From Asterias rubens (Eukaryota), in assembly GCF_902459465.1 (NCBI RefSeq), contig NC_047073.1:13268001-13332000 (forward strand): a stretch of 64,000 bases of DNA. Reading direction: 5' to 3'. Positions 25,249-37,407 of the stretch are shown in pieces (position 1 is the first letter of the stretch; each line of letters starts with the position of its first letter). A program made the position numbers and the translations under genes. Under the pieces are notes generated by a model. It worked only from the letters and a program-made list of their open reading frames with translations, was not told the DNA's origin and did no database searches.

Positions 25249-27668
25249 TCAAAGTCTTATATAGCGCATGTATCTACCAAACAAGGTACTTAAGGCGCTG
25301 AGTATATACAAACTTTCAGAATAATAGGTTATTGCAGTGATGGATTCTGAGACCCATTTATTTAGCACTGTATAATGGTTTACAAGGTGCTACGGGTGCT
25401 ACGGCGCATACAGCAGCCACCACCAGGAACACCGGGGCGAACCCCTTCGCTTGTCGAAAAGTGCACTGGGTTCTTTTACATGCGTTACACAACACATGGG
25501 ACCAAAAGCTTTACGTTCCATCCGAAGGACGAAGCAATGGTTAAGTGTCTTGCTCAAGGACACAAGTGTCACGGCTCAGGATTCAAACCCACACTCTGCT
25601 GATCAGAACCACCAGAGTTTGAATTTGGTGCTCTTAACTGCTCGGCCACGACACTTCCATTGCCATTGGAATGAATGAATTAATNNNNNNNNNNNNNNNN
25701 NNNNNNNNNNNNNNNNNNNNNNNNNNNNNNNNNNNNNNNNNNNNNNNNNNNNNNNNNNNNNNNNNNNNNNNNNNNNNNNNNNNNNNNNNNNNNNNNNNNN
25801 NNNNNNNNNNNNNTAAATTAACAAATTCTTTTTGGCTTACAGTAATCATCCAGGATATCAGGGGCGTCCAGTATCCTCTCTGGAACCTGTGGAATATGTC
25901 GTATTGACTTCTTGGTTGAACCTGGCGTCTTGGTCTGACTGTACAACACTCTCAAGTTATTCTGGAAACCTGTGGATTGAAAAGTTGGGGTTGGATTTGA
26001 TTATTTACCATGCATTATCAGGAAGCTAGTATTGTTATCAAAGGGGTGGGAATGAGATGTAGGTCACTGGTCACATTTTGGTGCTTCTGTTTCGGTGCAA
26101 TAAACTTGTTCCTTTTTCATTTAAACTCATGCACAAATTACAATATAAGTCGGTATATATTTCACATAAAATAGGTGAGGCTTGTGGTTGTGGTTGTACT
26201 TTGTGTAAATCTCTTTTGAGTAGTGCTTTTAACCGATGGTTCTTTTTGCAACCAACACTACTCAAAAAAGATTTACAAATAGTGCTACCCAAAACCTCAC
26301 CTAAGGTGAAAATCCAAAGAAGACATTTCTTTACCTTCAGGAGCATCTGGGGGTTTACTTTTGTACGATAGGATCTTTGCATTGAGCAATTCTCCGTTGA
26401 GGTTGTCCGACATTTTCTTGCAGTAGTCAATCTTCTGTGGGCTCTGTGTGGCTTGGTTCTCTTGGTTTGTGGAGCAGTTCAGCAGTTTAAAGGCGCCGAC
26501 GTCAAAGTTTGTGCCGCTGCGATTAGGAATGAAGCGATCTCCGACGGGTAACTTGGATGGTGTCTTACCTGAATCGAGAAAAAAATGTGAACGAAGTTTA
26601 GTTAGCAAGCTTGTGATTTTTTTTTGATAGAACTCGGGAAGGTACCGAGTATAACAGTGCACACATCAGTGTAAATTGTAAAACAAATAACATTTTGTTA
26701 AAAGTTCTAAATCCATAAATCAGAAGCAACATCAATGTTCACTTGGTGCTGGCACCCCTTTGAAATGTTCCCCTAGAATTTATTTTGGGGGTCCTTTTGA
26801 AAAATTAAAATGGCTTTGCTTGCTCAAAGTGAATTTCGAAGGTTTTGTCTTGATAATGCTGTTCTTGTGTAGAGCAATTTCTGAGCTTCACCCGTATTTC
26901 ATGGCTCTGGCTTCATGGCTTACCACCGAATTCTGTGCTTGTGATAATCATTTGTTCGCTTAAAACAGGGCAAGCAACAAATTTTCCTCCTGGCCGTGAA
27001 AGCAAAGAATACCAAGTAGTGTGAAGTACACAAGGGAGAGGCAAAAGTTCCTGCTATAACCTGTGCCATACGCTTGATGCAAGCGCGGTGTTTGATCAGC
27101 AGAGTGTGGGTTCGGGTCCCGGTCACGACACTTGCTACGTAAAATTGGGAGGTAGTGGTTTCTGCTCTACCAGCCAGGCTTCAGATTGATGATACCCAAG
27201 CCAACATCCATATGAACTGTAAAGGGGGTAACTTCTGCTTCAGCTCTAGGGGTAGGCAGCATTGGCCTCTAGAATAAAATAATTGTAGCCCACACCTTGA
27301 AGTGGCATTCAGGCCTTGTGTGTCTGCGACTTGCTTAAAAAAAAACTAAAAATTAAAAAACATGTACTGTACAAGTCTTGGTCTTGCAGATTTTGTGTCA
27401 GAAGTGTACCTGGTGTTTTGCTTCTTTTTCCATTTGGAGTCTTTGATTTTGATGGTGTCTTTGAGCTGAACGACTGATTGGACGTCTTCATCGGTGAGAT
27501 GTTTCCAAGACTCTTGTTGAGGCTCTTATTCATGCTCTTGTTCACCGAGGCGTTATTGCACATTGATGTCTCTGATGCCTTGCGTTGCCAGCGCATTGCT
27601 GGACCCCCGATTGGACCATCTAACCTCACAAGGTTGTTGATGTCCGAGTCAAATTTAAACTGGGACAT
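20757..27668 (-). CDS. CDC20: Cell division cycle 20 / fizzy, APC/C co-activator, 525 aa, 9 coding exons
   Basis: Exons 27668-27410, 26568-26335, 25969-25841, 24920-24724, 24270-24176, 23601-23373, 22702-22577, 21908-21791, 20947-20757 (1578 nt, phases consistent). MSQFKFDSD...RWQRK N-terminus, C-box [23 protein letters not shown]40 repeats and C-terminal IR tail. Confidence 0.97.
21275..21445 (+). mobile_element. tRNA-derived SINE, family 4 (CACAGGACTC...TATACAGTG...CACATC body)
   Basis: TGGTCTAGTGG A-box and GGGTTTGAATCCC B-box. Copy at ~42455-42600; body fragments at ~13280-13330, 26630-26690 and 42325-42390. Confidence 0.65.
24925..25212 (-). mobile_element. 5'-truncated Deu/Nin-domain SINE abutting the CDC20 exon 4 acceptor
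   Basis: Minus strand GAACCCAGTGCACTTATTG...CCCGGTGTTCCTGG core, L2-like tail and (ATT)n ending 4 nt before the acceptor CAG. Confidence 0.65.
25216..25654 (-). mobile_element. Full-length tRNA-derived SINE with Deu/Nin-type core and L2-like tail
   Basis: Head GTGTCGTGGCCGAGCAG...GGTTTGAATCC, then GTGTCCTTGAGCAAGACACTTAACC and GTAAAAGAACCCAGTGCACTTTTCG...CCCCGGTGTTCCTGG, then GCGCTATATAAG and a long (ATT)n tail. Confidence 0.75.
25685..25813. other. Assembly gap (129 N) in a CDC20 intron
   Basis: Run of N. Confidence 0.99.
27087..27345 (+). mobile_element. tRNA-derived SINE family 1 copy in CDC20 intron
   Basis: GGTTCGGGTCCC B-box, the same body as 141-427 and an A-tail. Confidence 0.8.
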
Positions 27669-28329
27669 CGCTAGTGGTGTAGAAGTGTTAAAGTCTTGCA
27701 AGCAAATGATGTTTTTCACTCTGAAATCTGTAATACAAAAGATACAATTAATTGTGTGACTGTGGGTAACGTTGTTGTTGGACTTTGAGGTAATCGTAAG
27801 CCTACACGCTTCCAAAGGTTGGATGGAGGCTGAATAGAGGGTTACGCTTATGTATAAATCGCATTTTCAACTTAAAGATAATTTTTTTCAGGTGAAAAAA
27901 AAAAAAAAACATTCATTACCAAGACCAGACATGGGCCTGTAATCCTTTTTTAAAACTTTGGCTGCAGATGTAAAAATTTACAGTGCCAAGTTTACACTGA
28001 CTGGGTCTATAATAACAAAAGTCAGAACGACTAAGTTAATATTAACTTTTTATGAAAAGATGACGGACTAACCATGCTGATGGTCCTACTAATTGCCATC
28101 AACTCGCTTACGTGCCTTCAACACCCACTACATAGATGGCAGGTACTACCTATGGATTAGTCTTAACCAACCCAAGATGTCAGCGATCAATTTACACAAA
28201 GTGCAGTACATATTTTTAACTCTGGGGAAAACGACTCGGTTTGAGCCAAAAGATGGCGACTTCTCTCTCCTCAATCTCTCTCCGACTGCCTGTTTGGTAG
28301 CGTGTTCTTCACTCACTAGTATATCTTAC

Positions 28330-28440
28330 TATTAAATGAAATTATGAAAACTAAATCGGAGCCTCAGTCTGGTCGTGTTAAATCTGTCAGTCAGGCGATC
28401 GTGCACAACAAAGAAGTGGATTTTTACTTCAGTATCAGTC
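28330..28440 (-). other. CDC20: Candidate non-coding first exon / proximal promoter of CDC20
   Basis: Donor A|GTAAGA at 28329, an acceptor at 27727 upstream of the ATG, and a CHR-like TTTGAA at 28451-28456. The upper boundary is a guess. Confidence 0.35.
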
Positions 28441-28489
28441 ATGATTTTGATTTGAACTAAAATGATTTGCACAAAATTGTATGCACAAT

Positions 28490-28841
28490 CAGTCGGTCTC
28501 GTTGACATTGAGTGGAACCAGTACCTCGTCCATCTATCTACATCAACAAGAGGTCACAAATCCCGCTTTGTCATCCCTCACACAAAATCAACTGTGTTTA
28601 CTAACTCCTTCTTCCCACGTACCATCTGGGACTGGAATAGCCTAGCAGTAGATCCAGCGGAGTACAAATCGCTTGAAGCCTTTAAGCTTGCACTTAAGGT
28701 TTTTACTTGCACTTGTTTACACTAAAAATTTCCGCACTCGACAGCATGTCCTGCTTATTTTTCTTGGACGCATGCGCAAACACGCAGTGCATTTATCCTC
28801 ACATATGCGAGGCTGCACTTTACAGGAAGGAAGGAAGGAAG
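28490..28841 (+). mobile_element. 3' fragment of a CR1-group non-LTR retrotransposon
   Basis: Encodes TRGHKSRF...NSFFPRTIWDWNSL, the typical ORF2 C-terminus, followed by a short 3' UTR and a (GGAA)n tail. Confidence 0.75.
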
Positions 28842-28859
28842 ATCTTGCAGGAAAAGTTT

Positions 28860-29030
28860 GTGCAATTGCCGGCCGGCCGATCGTGCAGGAATGGTTTGTG
28901 CAATCGACCTAAACTATTGTGCACGAATAGATTGCGCACTTTGCCAACAGTGCAGGAATAGTGTGCGCAATACGGCGATAGTACAGGAATAATGTGCGCA
29001 ATTTGGCGATCGTGCAAGAATTATTTGCTC
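28860..29030. repeat. ~30-bp tandem repeat (GTGCGCAAT...GGCGATCGTGCAGGAAT)
   Basis: About 4-5 degenerate units in the CDC20/GPX7 intergenic region. Confidence 0.6.
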
Positions 29031-29814
29031 CCAATTATTTTCGCAATTTGACAACAGTCAAAGTTCAGGAATGGTTTAGCGCCCGGCCAAAATTTAAACC
29101 TGTGGAGAAAAACCTGAACCCAAAGGTTGATTTTTTTTAAACAGCACTTTACAAGAAATTCTTCTTAGGTTTAGTTCGTTTCAGCATAGTTTCAGGAACC
29201 GTAATCTAGAATTTAGAACTTCATGATTAAGAATAAGCTTGGTTGTTGTGTTGGACCAGGAAGAAGATCTTTTAACTTTTTCATCTATTCTAAAATTTGC
29301 CAAGGCCAAAAAAAATGTAAATACACATTTACAAGACGTGATCACAGTGTATGCAACAGTAATTTTGACTAAACGTGTAGGTCACATTCTTAATATCGTA
29401 TTATTTGTTGCATTTTGATTACCTGTTCAGCAAAAACCTGTCATCTAGACGTCAAAAGAGGATCGGAAGATTGGCTTTTCTTGCATGACCAACGCCGTGT
29501 ATGTGTGTGTGTATGTTTTGTTTATTAAGCGTGGGTTTTAAATGACCCGCGTTTTGATTGGTTCTCTGAGATGCAGGACTCTTGATTGTGATTGGGCCAT
29601 ATGTGAAGTCACGTTAAAACCAGTCTTTATTGTTGTTTACCAGTAAAAGGAACCAATTTTACTCAATAAAACACATTATGAATAAATATACTCATAATTG
29701 TGGATATAAAATAGTATTTTTGTTGTTGCTTTTATGAAGTATTTAAGTTAAATGTTAACGTCAAGTTCAAAATCTCGTTACGTTCGAGATTTACTCAGGC
29801 ATTTCGTATTCAAG

Positions 29815-32800
29815 ATGGCAGCCCCCATCAGAAATTTGACGTGTCAAAACCGTTTTCAATTTATATCTTTCCTATCAATTAACCACTCTATTTTTCTAAT
29901 ATGTACTCTAGTTAATCTTACAAATGGCAATTTCTATTCACACTTTGTCATGGACGGTCAAGGAAGGGAGATTTCCCTGGAGGTTTTTCGGGGAAAGGTG
30001 ATGGATTTTTGTAACTCACGTTCGTTCACGTTGTTATCTAATTCTACCTCCATGGTTATACATGGTTGGAGCATTCCCTGCTTCCATGATGCAGCATGCA
30101 CAGTGCAGTGTTGCACTCGTTGCATTTAATCCCCCCTATTCACCAACCATTTTGCTTGTGTTTGTGCAGTAGACTAATGGATGTAGTGGAATTGTTGTGC
30201 ATGCCAATACCTCAACTTTCAATGACCAGCATGTTTGCTTTGTACGCTAAGCTTGCTTGGGTTGCAAGACAAAACTTCTAATTTAGGATGTGCACACGCT
30301 CTTTTGTTGTATTCTTCTATCATTAGTTTGTCTGCCATTTCTCTATTGTCTGCCATGCCATTACCCCCCCCCCCCGCATAACCTCACCCCCATGCTCAGA
30401 CTAGCCTTGTTGTTTGTGTTAAATTTGCATCCGAAAAAGTGGAAAGGGTCACCAACATTTGTTTGACAATTTTACCCTAAATTAACTAACATTAATTTAA
30501 GGCATTGGACACATATTGTTAATAACTATTAAAACAAATGTTAGCACAAAAATCGTACTTGGTAAGAGTTACGTTGGGAGGTTAATACTAATATGTAGAA
30601 CATTGTGTAGTATTAACGCAGTCTTCGAGAACGAAGTAATTTTTCACGACATTGATTTCAATACCTCAAAATTTGAATTTTAAGTCTTGAAATCGGCATC
30701 TGAAAGCACACAACTTCGCGTGACAAGGGTGTTTTTTCTGTCATTATTATCTCGCAACTTCGACGACCAATTGAGCTTAAACTTTCAATGGTTTGTTATT
30801 TTATTCAATCATCAATGACAATTGCCAATACCCACGGTTCTTTTCAAACCACGGTGTTACCGCAAACCTTTCCAAATCATGATTCCACCATGCAAAGTTT
30901 CAAATTCTACCTATTAAACTGTTTCGATTTGTCCATGTGCACAGCAACTTTCACAAATCACAAAAGTAGTTTGTTCCATCGCGTGCTCAACAACTCGGGT
31001 TTAGACTCGCTGTTCTCAACGTTTATTAGTAATTTGTAAGCATTTTCCAAGTTTATTTTCTGCAAATCTCTTTCCGAGAACCTTTAAGTTGCCTTGAGGA
31101 AATAAAGCAACCCAAACCAAAGAAAATAACCCACAAGGGGTCAACCGGTTGTTTTATTTCTGGCTAAAAAACGGTTTGTAACCTCTTGATGGATGGGAGC
31201 TAGGTTCCGGGTGTCAGGAACTTTGAAGGGGAAAAATGCTCAGTTGAATCAGCATTCAACAGTCAAAAGGAGTGTTAGCCTGATTCAATTTCATCACTTT
31301 AAGCATTATTAATCAAAGAAAAGTTCAGTTTCGTAAAAGCATATCAACAGCTGGTCAATCATTGAATTGTATTAAAACATCATGTGTGGATAGGTTGTAG
31401 AAATTCAAACTGAAGATTTGTCAACATGAAGTTTTGAACGCTTAAAATTAAATAGAATGACTGGAACAAACCTGATACAGAGAAACTAAGTAATGTGCAC
31501 AAATAGCTCAAAGGAAATAAGATTTTCGGGGAGTGGGGAAACTGCACAGAACTCGGCTGCATACTATTGAAACGCCGAGTAGGTTTTTGTTTTTGCTGAA
31601 ATAAGCCAGTAAAACCTCTAATGCAGTAACAGTCTTCATCAATGGTATTTGTTTCTTTATTTACTTGCGTCTAGTTGATTCATAGGCCCATGGAATATAA
31701 TTACAGTTAGACCAAGTTACGATGCATATAGTGGAGAATGAAAGACAATCCTTATTAAGGAAATAAACTTGTATTTATAAGCACCGCAATGACATGCGTT
31801 GAATCGCAATGAAGCTAACTCAACCCAACATGTGATATTCCAATCCACTTGTATTAAAATTGCACACATTTTAATATTTAGAATATAAAACTAATGCGAA
31901 GGAAAGCGAGTACCATTCTAAAGCATCTAAACAAATTGGATGTACATTGTATCCCAAAAACAACACTTCAGCAGCATCCATTGTTTCATTTTTAGTTGAA
32001 CACATTTTATTCGGCCATAAAAGTGCCACTCAAATTTGACGCTAGTTGGTACTGTCCAAAAAGGACTCAGCTAATTTTTGTGTAAAACCTGAAGAGATGT
32101 TGATACCATCTCCGGAGCATTGGTTAATTTCAGGAACGTTTTTAACATGAGTGGTTCAAAACTTTGTATTTTGAACTTTTCTCTGACTAATGCAGGCACA
32201 ACTCGTTATGAATTTTCAGCAGTTTGCAAAATTGTTTTAGAGCTTTGACAAACAAGATTTGTAACACTATTGGTAATTATCAAAGACCAGAATTCTCACT
32301 TGGTATTATATCAAAAATTTGAGCTCAAAGTGGCCGTCGAAGTTGTGTGGTTTCAGATGCTTGATTTCGAAGTTGATGTCTCGAAATCAATTCGATTGTT
32401 TTAGTGAGAAATTACTTCTTTCTCAAAAACTACGTCACTTCAGAAGAAGCTGTTTCTCACAATGTTTTATACTACAGGGATGAGATTGTTCAGACTTTTG
32501 GCTGAATTCAGACTTTTTATGTCAGCCTGGTGAAGAAAATCGGACAATGTTTTGTGGATACTGTTTCCAAAAGCTCCGTGAAATCTCTAACCCCGGGGGT
32601 TACCAAACGGTAGAAATGGCATCATTTCAAAATACCTTTGAATCATTTGTATCCATGATTTCAGACTTTTTCGTTCGTAATGACTCTCACCCCTGATACT
32701 ATTAACAGCTCTCTATACAAGTAAGTTGTTATGCTAACAATTATTTTGAGTAACTACAAATAGTGTCCAGAAGAGCAATGTTTTTATAACCATTCGATTG

Positions 32801-34314
32801 TTGTGATCATTATAATGTGAACTATAACAATAACTTGTGAAAATCTCTCACATCAAAAAGTGGTCGTGTTATGAGATGCCGCCGAAAATCTGGTCCGAAA
32901 ATGTTCATATGCAAAGAATAATAAGTTACATGTATATGTACACAATATGAGAAGCGTTACCGACAGTAATAAATTCTCTTGATCAAATTTTATCTCAAAA
33001 AACAAAGTATCTTTTTACATAGCAACGTTACTTTCGAAGTGAAATGTTTTTAAATGTAAATCCATGTACATGTACTATCGAAAGGCGACAGGCTTTTAAA
33101 GGGCACTGGACACTATTGGTAATTGTCAAAGACCAGTCTTCTGACTTGGTGTATCTCAACATAGATGCATAAAATAACAAACCTGTAAAATTTGAGCACC
33201 AGGTCGTCGAAGTTGCGAGATAATATTGACAGAAAAAAACTGTTGTCAAACGAAGTTGTGTGCTTTTCAGATGCTTGATTTCGTGACCTCAAAATCTAAT
33301 TCTGAGTTCTCGAAATCAAATTCGTGGAATATTACTTGTTTCTCGAAAACTACACGTCAGAGGGAGCCGTTTCTCACAATGTTTTATGCTATCAACAGCA
33401 CCCCATTACTCGTTACCAAGTAAGATGGTATGCAAAAATTATTTTGAGTAATTACCAGTAGTGTCCACTGCATTTAATGTTTGCTTATGTTTGTTTTTCA
33501 CAGCCAGCTCTTGTCGTCAACGTAGCCAGTGAGTGTGGATACACTCAAAACCATTACGAGGACCTGGTGTGGGCAAGTCAACAGCCAGGAATAGATGAAG
33601 AATTACACATTCTAGCATTTCCTTGTAATCAGTTTGGCCAACAGGAGCCGAAGGGTGCCGAGGAAATAATCGCCTTTGCCCGGGAGACTTACGGGGCTAC
33701 CTTCCCCATCTTCGGTAAAATTGACGTGATCGGAGAATACGCTGATCCTGCTTTCAAGTATTTAAGTACGAAGTTCCTTTAAATAATTCATTATCAGTAT
33801 TTGACGGAAATTATCTCTATTTTTATAAGATGCACCAATCATGAAAATAATATGAGCGTACATTCGTTGTTGTTTAACATATGTACATGATTCTTATGTT
33901 TTGTTTAATCAGAACTCTGTCCTAAATTTCGTGGAAACGCGCACTTGGGTCAACTATGAATTGGATTAAATAGTCATAAACTTTGATGTGCACTTAAACA
34001 AGTATTATAAATCAGTCATTGTATCGGGACTCTTTCCAAAATGTCAAAGAAACGGGTACACGAAACTTGGATAATAAGTATCAACCATTTCTTATTTATT
34101 TTTAACAGCTCGGTCATTGTATCGTGTCTCATAATTTTATATAACAGGTGCATCAAGTGGTCGGGAACCGGACTGGAACTTCTGGAAGTATCTGATCGAT
34201 AGGCAGGGGAGGGTTATCGACGCCTGGGGACCAACCACTCAAGTTTCAGAAATATACGACTTTCTACTTGCAGCCACCCAAACCCCACGCCTTGTGAGAA
34301 GAGATGAGTTCTGA
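29815..34314 (+). CDS. GPX7: Cys-type ER glutathione peroxidase GPX7/GPX8-like, 203 aa, 3 exons
   Basis: Exons 29815-29997, 33504-33765, 34148-34314 with consistent phases. Motifs VVNVASECGYT (peroxidatic Cys), LAFPCNQFGQQEP and WNFWKYL, hydrophobic N-terminus, C-terminal RDEF (KDEL-like). Confidence 0.93.
33096..33477. mobile_element. MITE, dominant TTAA/AGG family, ending ~25 nt before the GPX7 exon 2 acceptor
   Basis: TTAA at both ends and family TIRs. Confidence 0.85.
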
Positions 34315-34380
34315 GCAACGGCTATATAACATGTACTGAAAATTGAGCCATATTCTTGCCAGTCAATATTGTTATTCTTA

Positions 34381-34716
34381 CAAGGCAGTGGACACTATTG
34401 GTAATTAGTCAAAATAAATATTATCATAACATCTTTCTTGATTACGAGTAATTGGGAGAGGTTGATAGTGTAAAACATTGTGAGAAACGGCTCCCTCTGA
34501 AAGAAATTAGTTTTCGAGAAAGAAGTTAATTTCCACAAATTTGATTTCGAGACCTCAAGTTAAGAATTTGAGGTCTCGAAATCAAGCATCAAAAAGCACA
34601 CAACTTCGTGTGACAAGGGTATTTTTCTTTCATAATTATCTCGCAACCTCGATGACAGATTGAACTCAAATTTTCACAGGTCTTTGACAATTACCAATAG
34701 TGTCCACTGTCTTTAA
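34381..34716. mobile_element. MITE, dominant family, just downstream of the GPX7 stop
   Basis: AGGCAGTGGACACTATTGG ... CCAATAGTGTCCACTGTCTTTAA. Confidence 0.8.
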
Positions 34717-35380
34717 TTATACATGTTTATTAAACATTTCCTTAACCCTTCAACTGCAAATAGAAAGGACTATACCATTTTTTTTCATACATTTGTTACC
34801 AAAATCACCATTACAAAATCTGCCCTAAAAGTCTGTTTTTAATTTCTTCACTAACATTGCATATGCAAAAAAAAACGTGACAGGTCAAGAGAATTTAAAC
34901 ATCTCCCATAAGTGTTTCCTTGTGACTTGAAGGCTATGCAAAATTGGATTAATAAAGTTGTGATACGAAAATAAAACCACTGTTGAATTCTTTGAGTTTT
35001 TAACAAGGCCAACTGTATAGAAAGGTTTGCGGTAACACCATGCAATGACCATCTCTAAATGAGTTGGTTTCACAACTCGACATAAGAAGACCAGTTTTTT
35101 CGTAAGCGAGCGAAAAAGTGTACAGTCACACAACAAACATATTTTCGATTGATATGATAATTATGTTACATAACCTTGATAATGAATGTTACATGGAATT
35201 TTCCATCCAACGTAAACCAGTCCATTCATTGTGGTATAAGGGGATAATAAAAAAAATAGGTACCTATGTTCAAAAATTGAAATCAAATGACCTTTGAAAC
35301 ATTCAATTCACGTGACCTACAACCATCCTATCAAATGATGCATCCAGCTGGATAGGGACCAATGCATTTCGTTGGTGGTT

Positions 35381-35742
35381 GGCAGTGGACACTATTGGTA
35401 ACTGTCAAAGACTAGCCTTCACAGTATGCATAAAATAACAAACCTGTGAAAATTCGAGCTCAATCGGTTATCGAACTTGCGAGATAATAATGAAAGAAAA
35501 AACACCCTTGCCACACGAAGATGTGTTTTTAGATGGTTGTTTCGAGACCTCAAGTTCTAAATCTCTGGTCTCCAATTCAAATTCGTGGAAAATTACTTCT
35601 TTCTCATAAACTACGTCACCTCAGAGGGAGCCGTTTCTCACAATGTTTTATACAATCAACTTCTCCCCATTACTCGTCACCAATTAAGGTTTTATGCTAA
35701 TAGTTATTTTGAGTAATTACCAATAGTGTCCAATGCCTTTAA
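35381..35742. mobile_element. MITE, dominant family
   Basis: GGCAGTGGACACTATTGG ... CCAATAGTGTCCAATGCCTTTAA. Confidence 0.8.
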
Positions 35743-36231
35743 CAACTGCCATTACAATCACCACCCAACATAAGCATACAATAACAAGCCTGTGAAAACT
35801 TGGGCTCAATCGGTCATCGAATTTGCGAGAAAATGCTGAAAGAAAAAACACCCTTGTTGGACGAATATGTGTGCTTTCAGATTGGAATAAAAGACTTCTA
35901 GCTAGAAATTAACTCTTTCTCAAAAACTACGTTTGTCGTTAGTTCAGAGGGAGTGTTTCCACAATGATTTATACTATCAACAGCTCTCCAATGATCTTTA
36001 CCAAGTCAGTTGTTAAGTTATTTTATGTTCTTGAGTCATTCCCAAACTTGTACCTTCCCTTTAAATTCATCGATATTAAATAATGTAGACTTGACTTGTG
36101 CTGCAATCATCACAGAGAACACCGCCCTCATTGTTTACAGCTCCTACCCTCGGCCGAAATAAAAACCACGAACATGTTGAAGGTTGAAACTGGAATTGTT
36201 GAAGCATGGTTGAAGCAAGTGATTTTTACAA

Positions 36232-36307
36232 GTGCGTAAATGGCAGTATGTGAGCACAGCTGGAAGTATAAATACACAGCTATGCCAACATCTTGCCTTC
36301 TCCACAC
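36232..36307 (-). ncRNA. mir-31: microRNA mir-31 hairpin, copy 1
   Basis: Minus strand 36298-36277 reads AGGCAAGATGTTGGCATAGCTG, the conserved miR-31-5p. Complementary 3p arm CAGCTGTGCTCACATACTGCCA and a pairing basal stem. Confidence 0.93.
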
Positions 36308-36951
36308 TCGAGAAATGAAGAACAGACATCAGCAAACCCAAACATCTTCGAGAAGTCGATGCAGCATCTACAAGAGTATAAATAAAAACAATGAATCTTA
36401 CACTAAAACAGTATACTAGCAGTGTCCCTTCTATATAGTTCTATACAGTTCCCATTAACACTGTAAACCACGCCCTTATTTAAATAACAACCACTTTGAG
36501 GCAAACACTGCTAGGGAAAGTGTATGCCCAATATATTATAGACATTATGCAAATTTCCACAACAAACAATATTACAAATCATGTGCTATTTATGCAGAGC
36601 ACAACTCAAGGCCGAGTACCATTACGCTATATCTATATCTATAAAGTATTTAGAAAATAGTTACTGGTCCTATGTTATTGACCCACACTAAAAATAACTA
36701 CATGTACTTTCTGATGTTATGAAATTGTTGACATGCTTAAAATAATTTCGGTGTCAAAAAATCAAAAACTACAACACCTCAGCAAATAAAATCAGGGAAA
36801 GCAAAGAAAGCTTTCTACCACCATTATCTTCAAACCGTGCCCTTTTATACATCGTCTAATAACGCGACGGTGACGAGGTATATCCAACCACAGAAGCAAC
36901 AGGTGGAATATTGAACTGTCCAATTGTGCCGGGCTCAAGTTGTACGAACAG

Positions 36952-37026
36952 GCATACAAATGGCAATACGTTGGTACAGCTGAATAAGAATAAACCAGCT
37001 ATGCCAACATCTTGCCTTCTGTACAC
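36952..37026 (-). ncRNA. mir-31: microRNA mir-31 hairpin, copy 2
   Basis: Mature 37017-36996 is identical to copy 1. 3p arm CAGCTGTACCAACGTATTGCCA; different loop; basal stem pairs. Confidence 0.93.
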
Positions 37027-37407
37027 TTGCATCTTGAAGAAAAACACATAGCTGAGCACTGCATCTGAAGAGAGAAAGTTTGCTAATAATACTCGAACCA
37101 TTTGCACTGTGCCTCACCATAGCACAAGGGCTTTACTTGGAACATGTGTGTGACGTGTGTGCACTGTGCACGCATCATTCATACCTGCTTTGAAATTCTA
37201 ATGAAGTTACGTAAGACGCATGTTGACACACCTCACTGGCAATAAGCATGAGCAAACAAAAATGGCGGGCAATTCCTCCTCCATGGGGCAACACACGGAA
37301 GTTGAGGCTTCTTTTACATTAGGGGAAGCTTTGATGGCTTCCAAAAGACACTCACTGAAAAAAACCCAGATGGTCTCTTCGAAGTAGGATGGCCCCGAAG
37401 CAAGTAC

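Noticed and set aside
25603-25907. ORFs containing long X runs
   Set aside because: Artefacts of the N gap.
33525-33545. Selenocysteine GPX
   Set aside because: The active-site codon is TGT (Cys) and there is no in-frame TGA.
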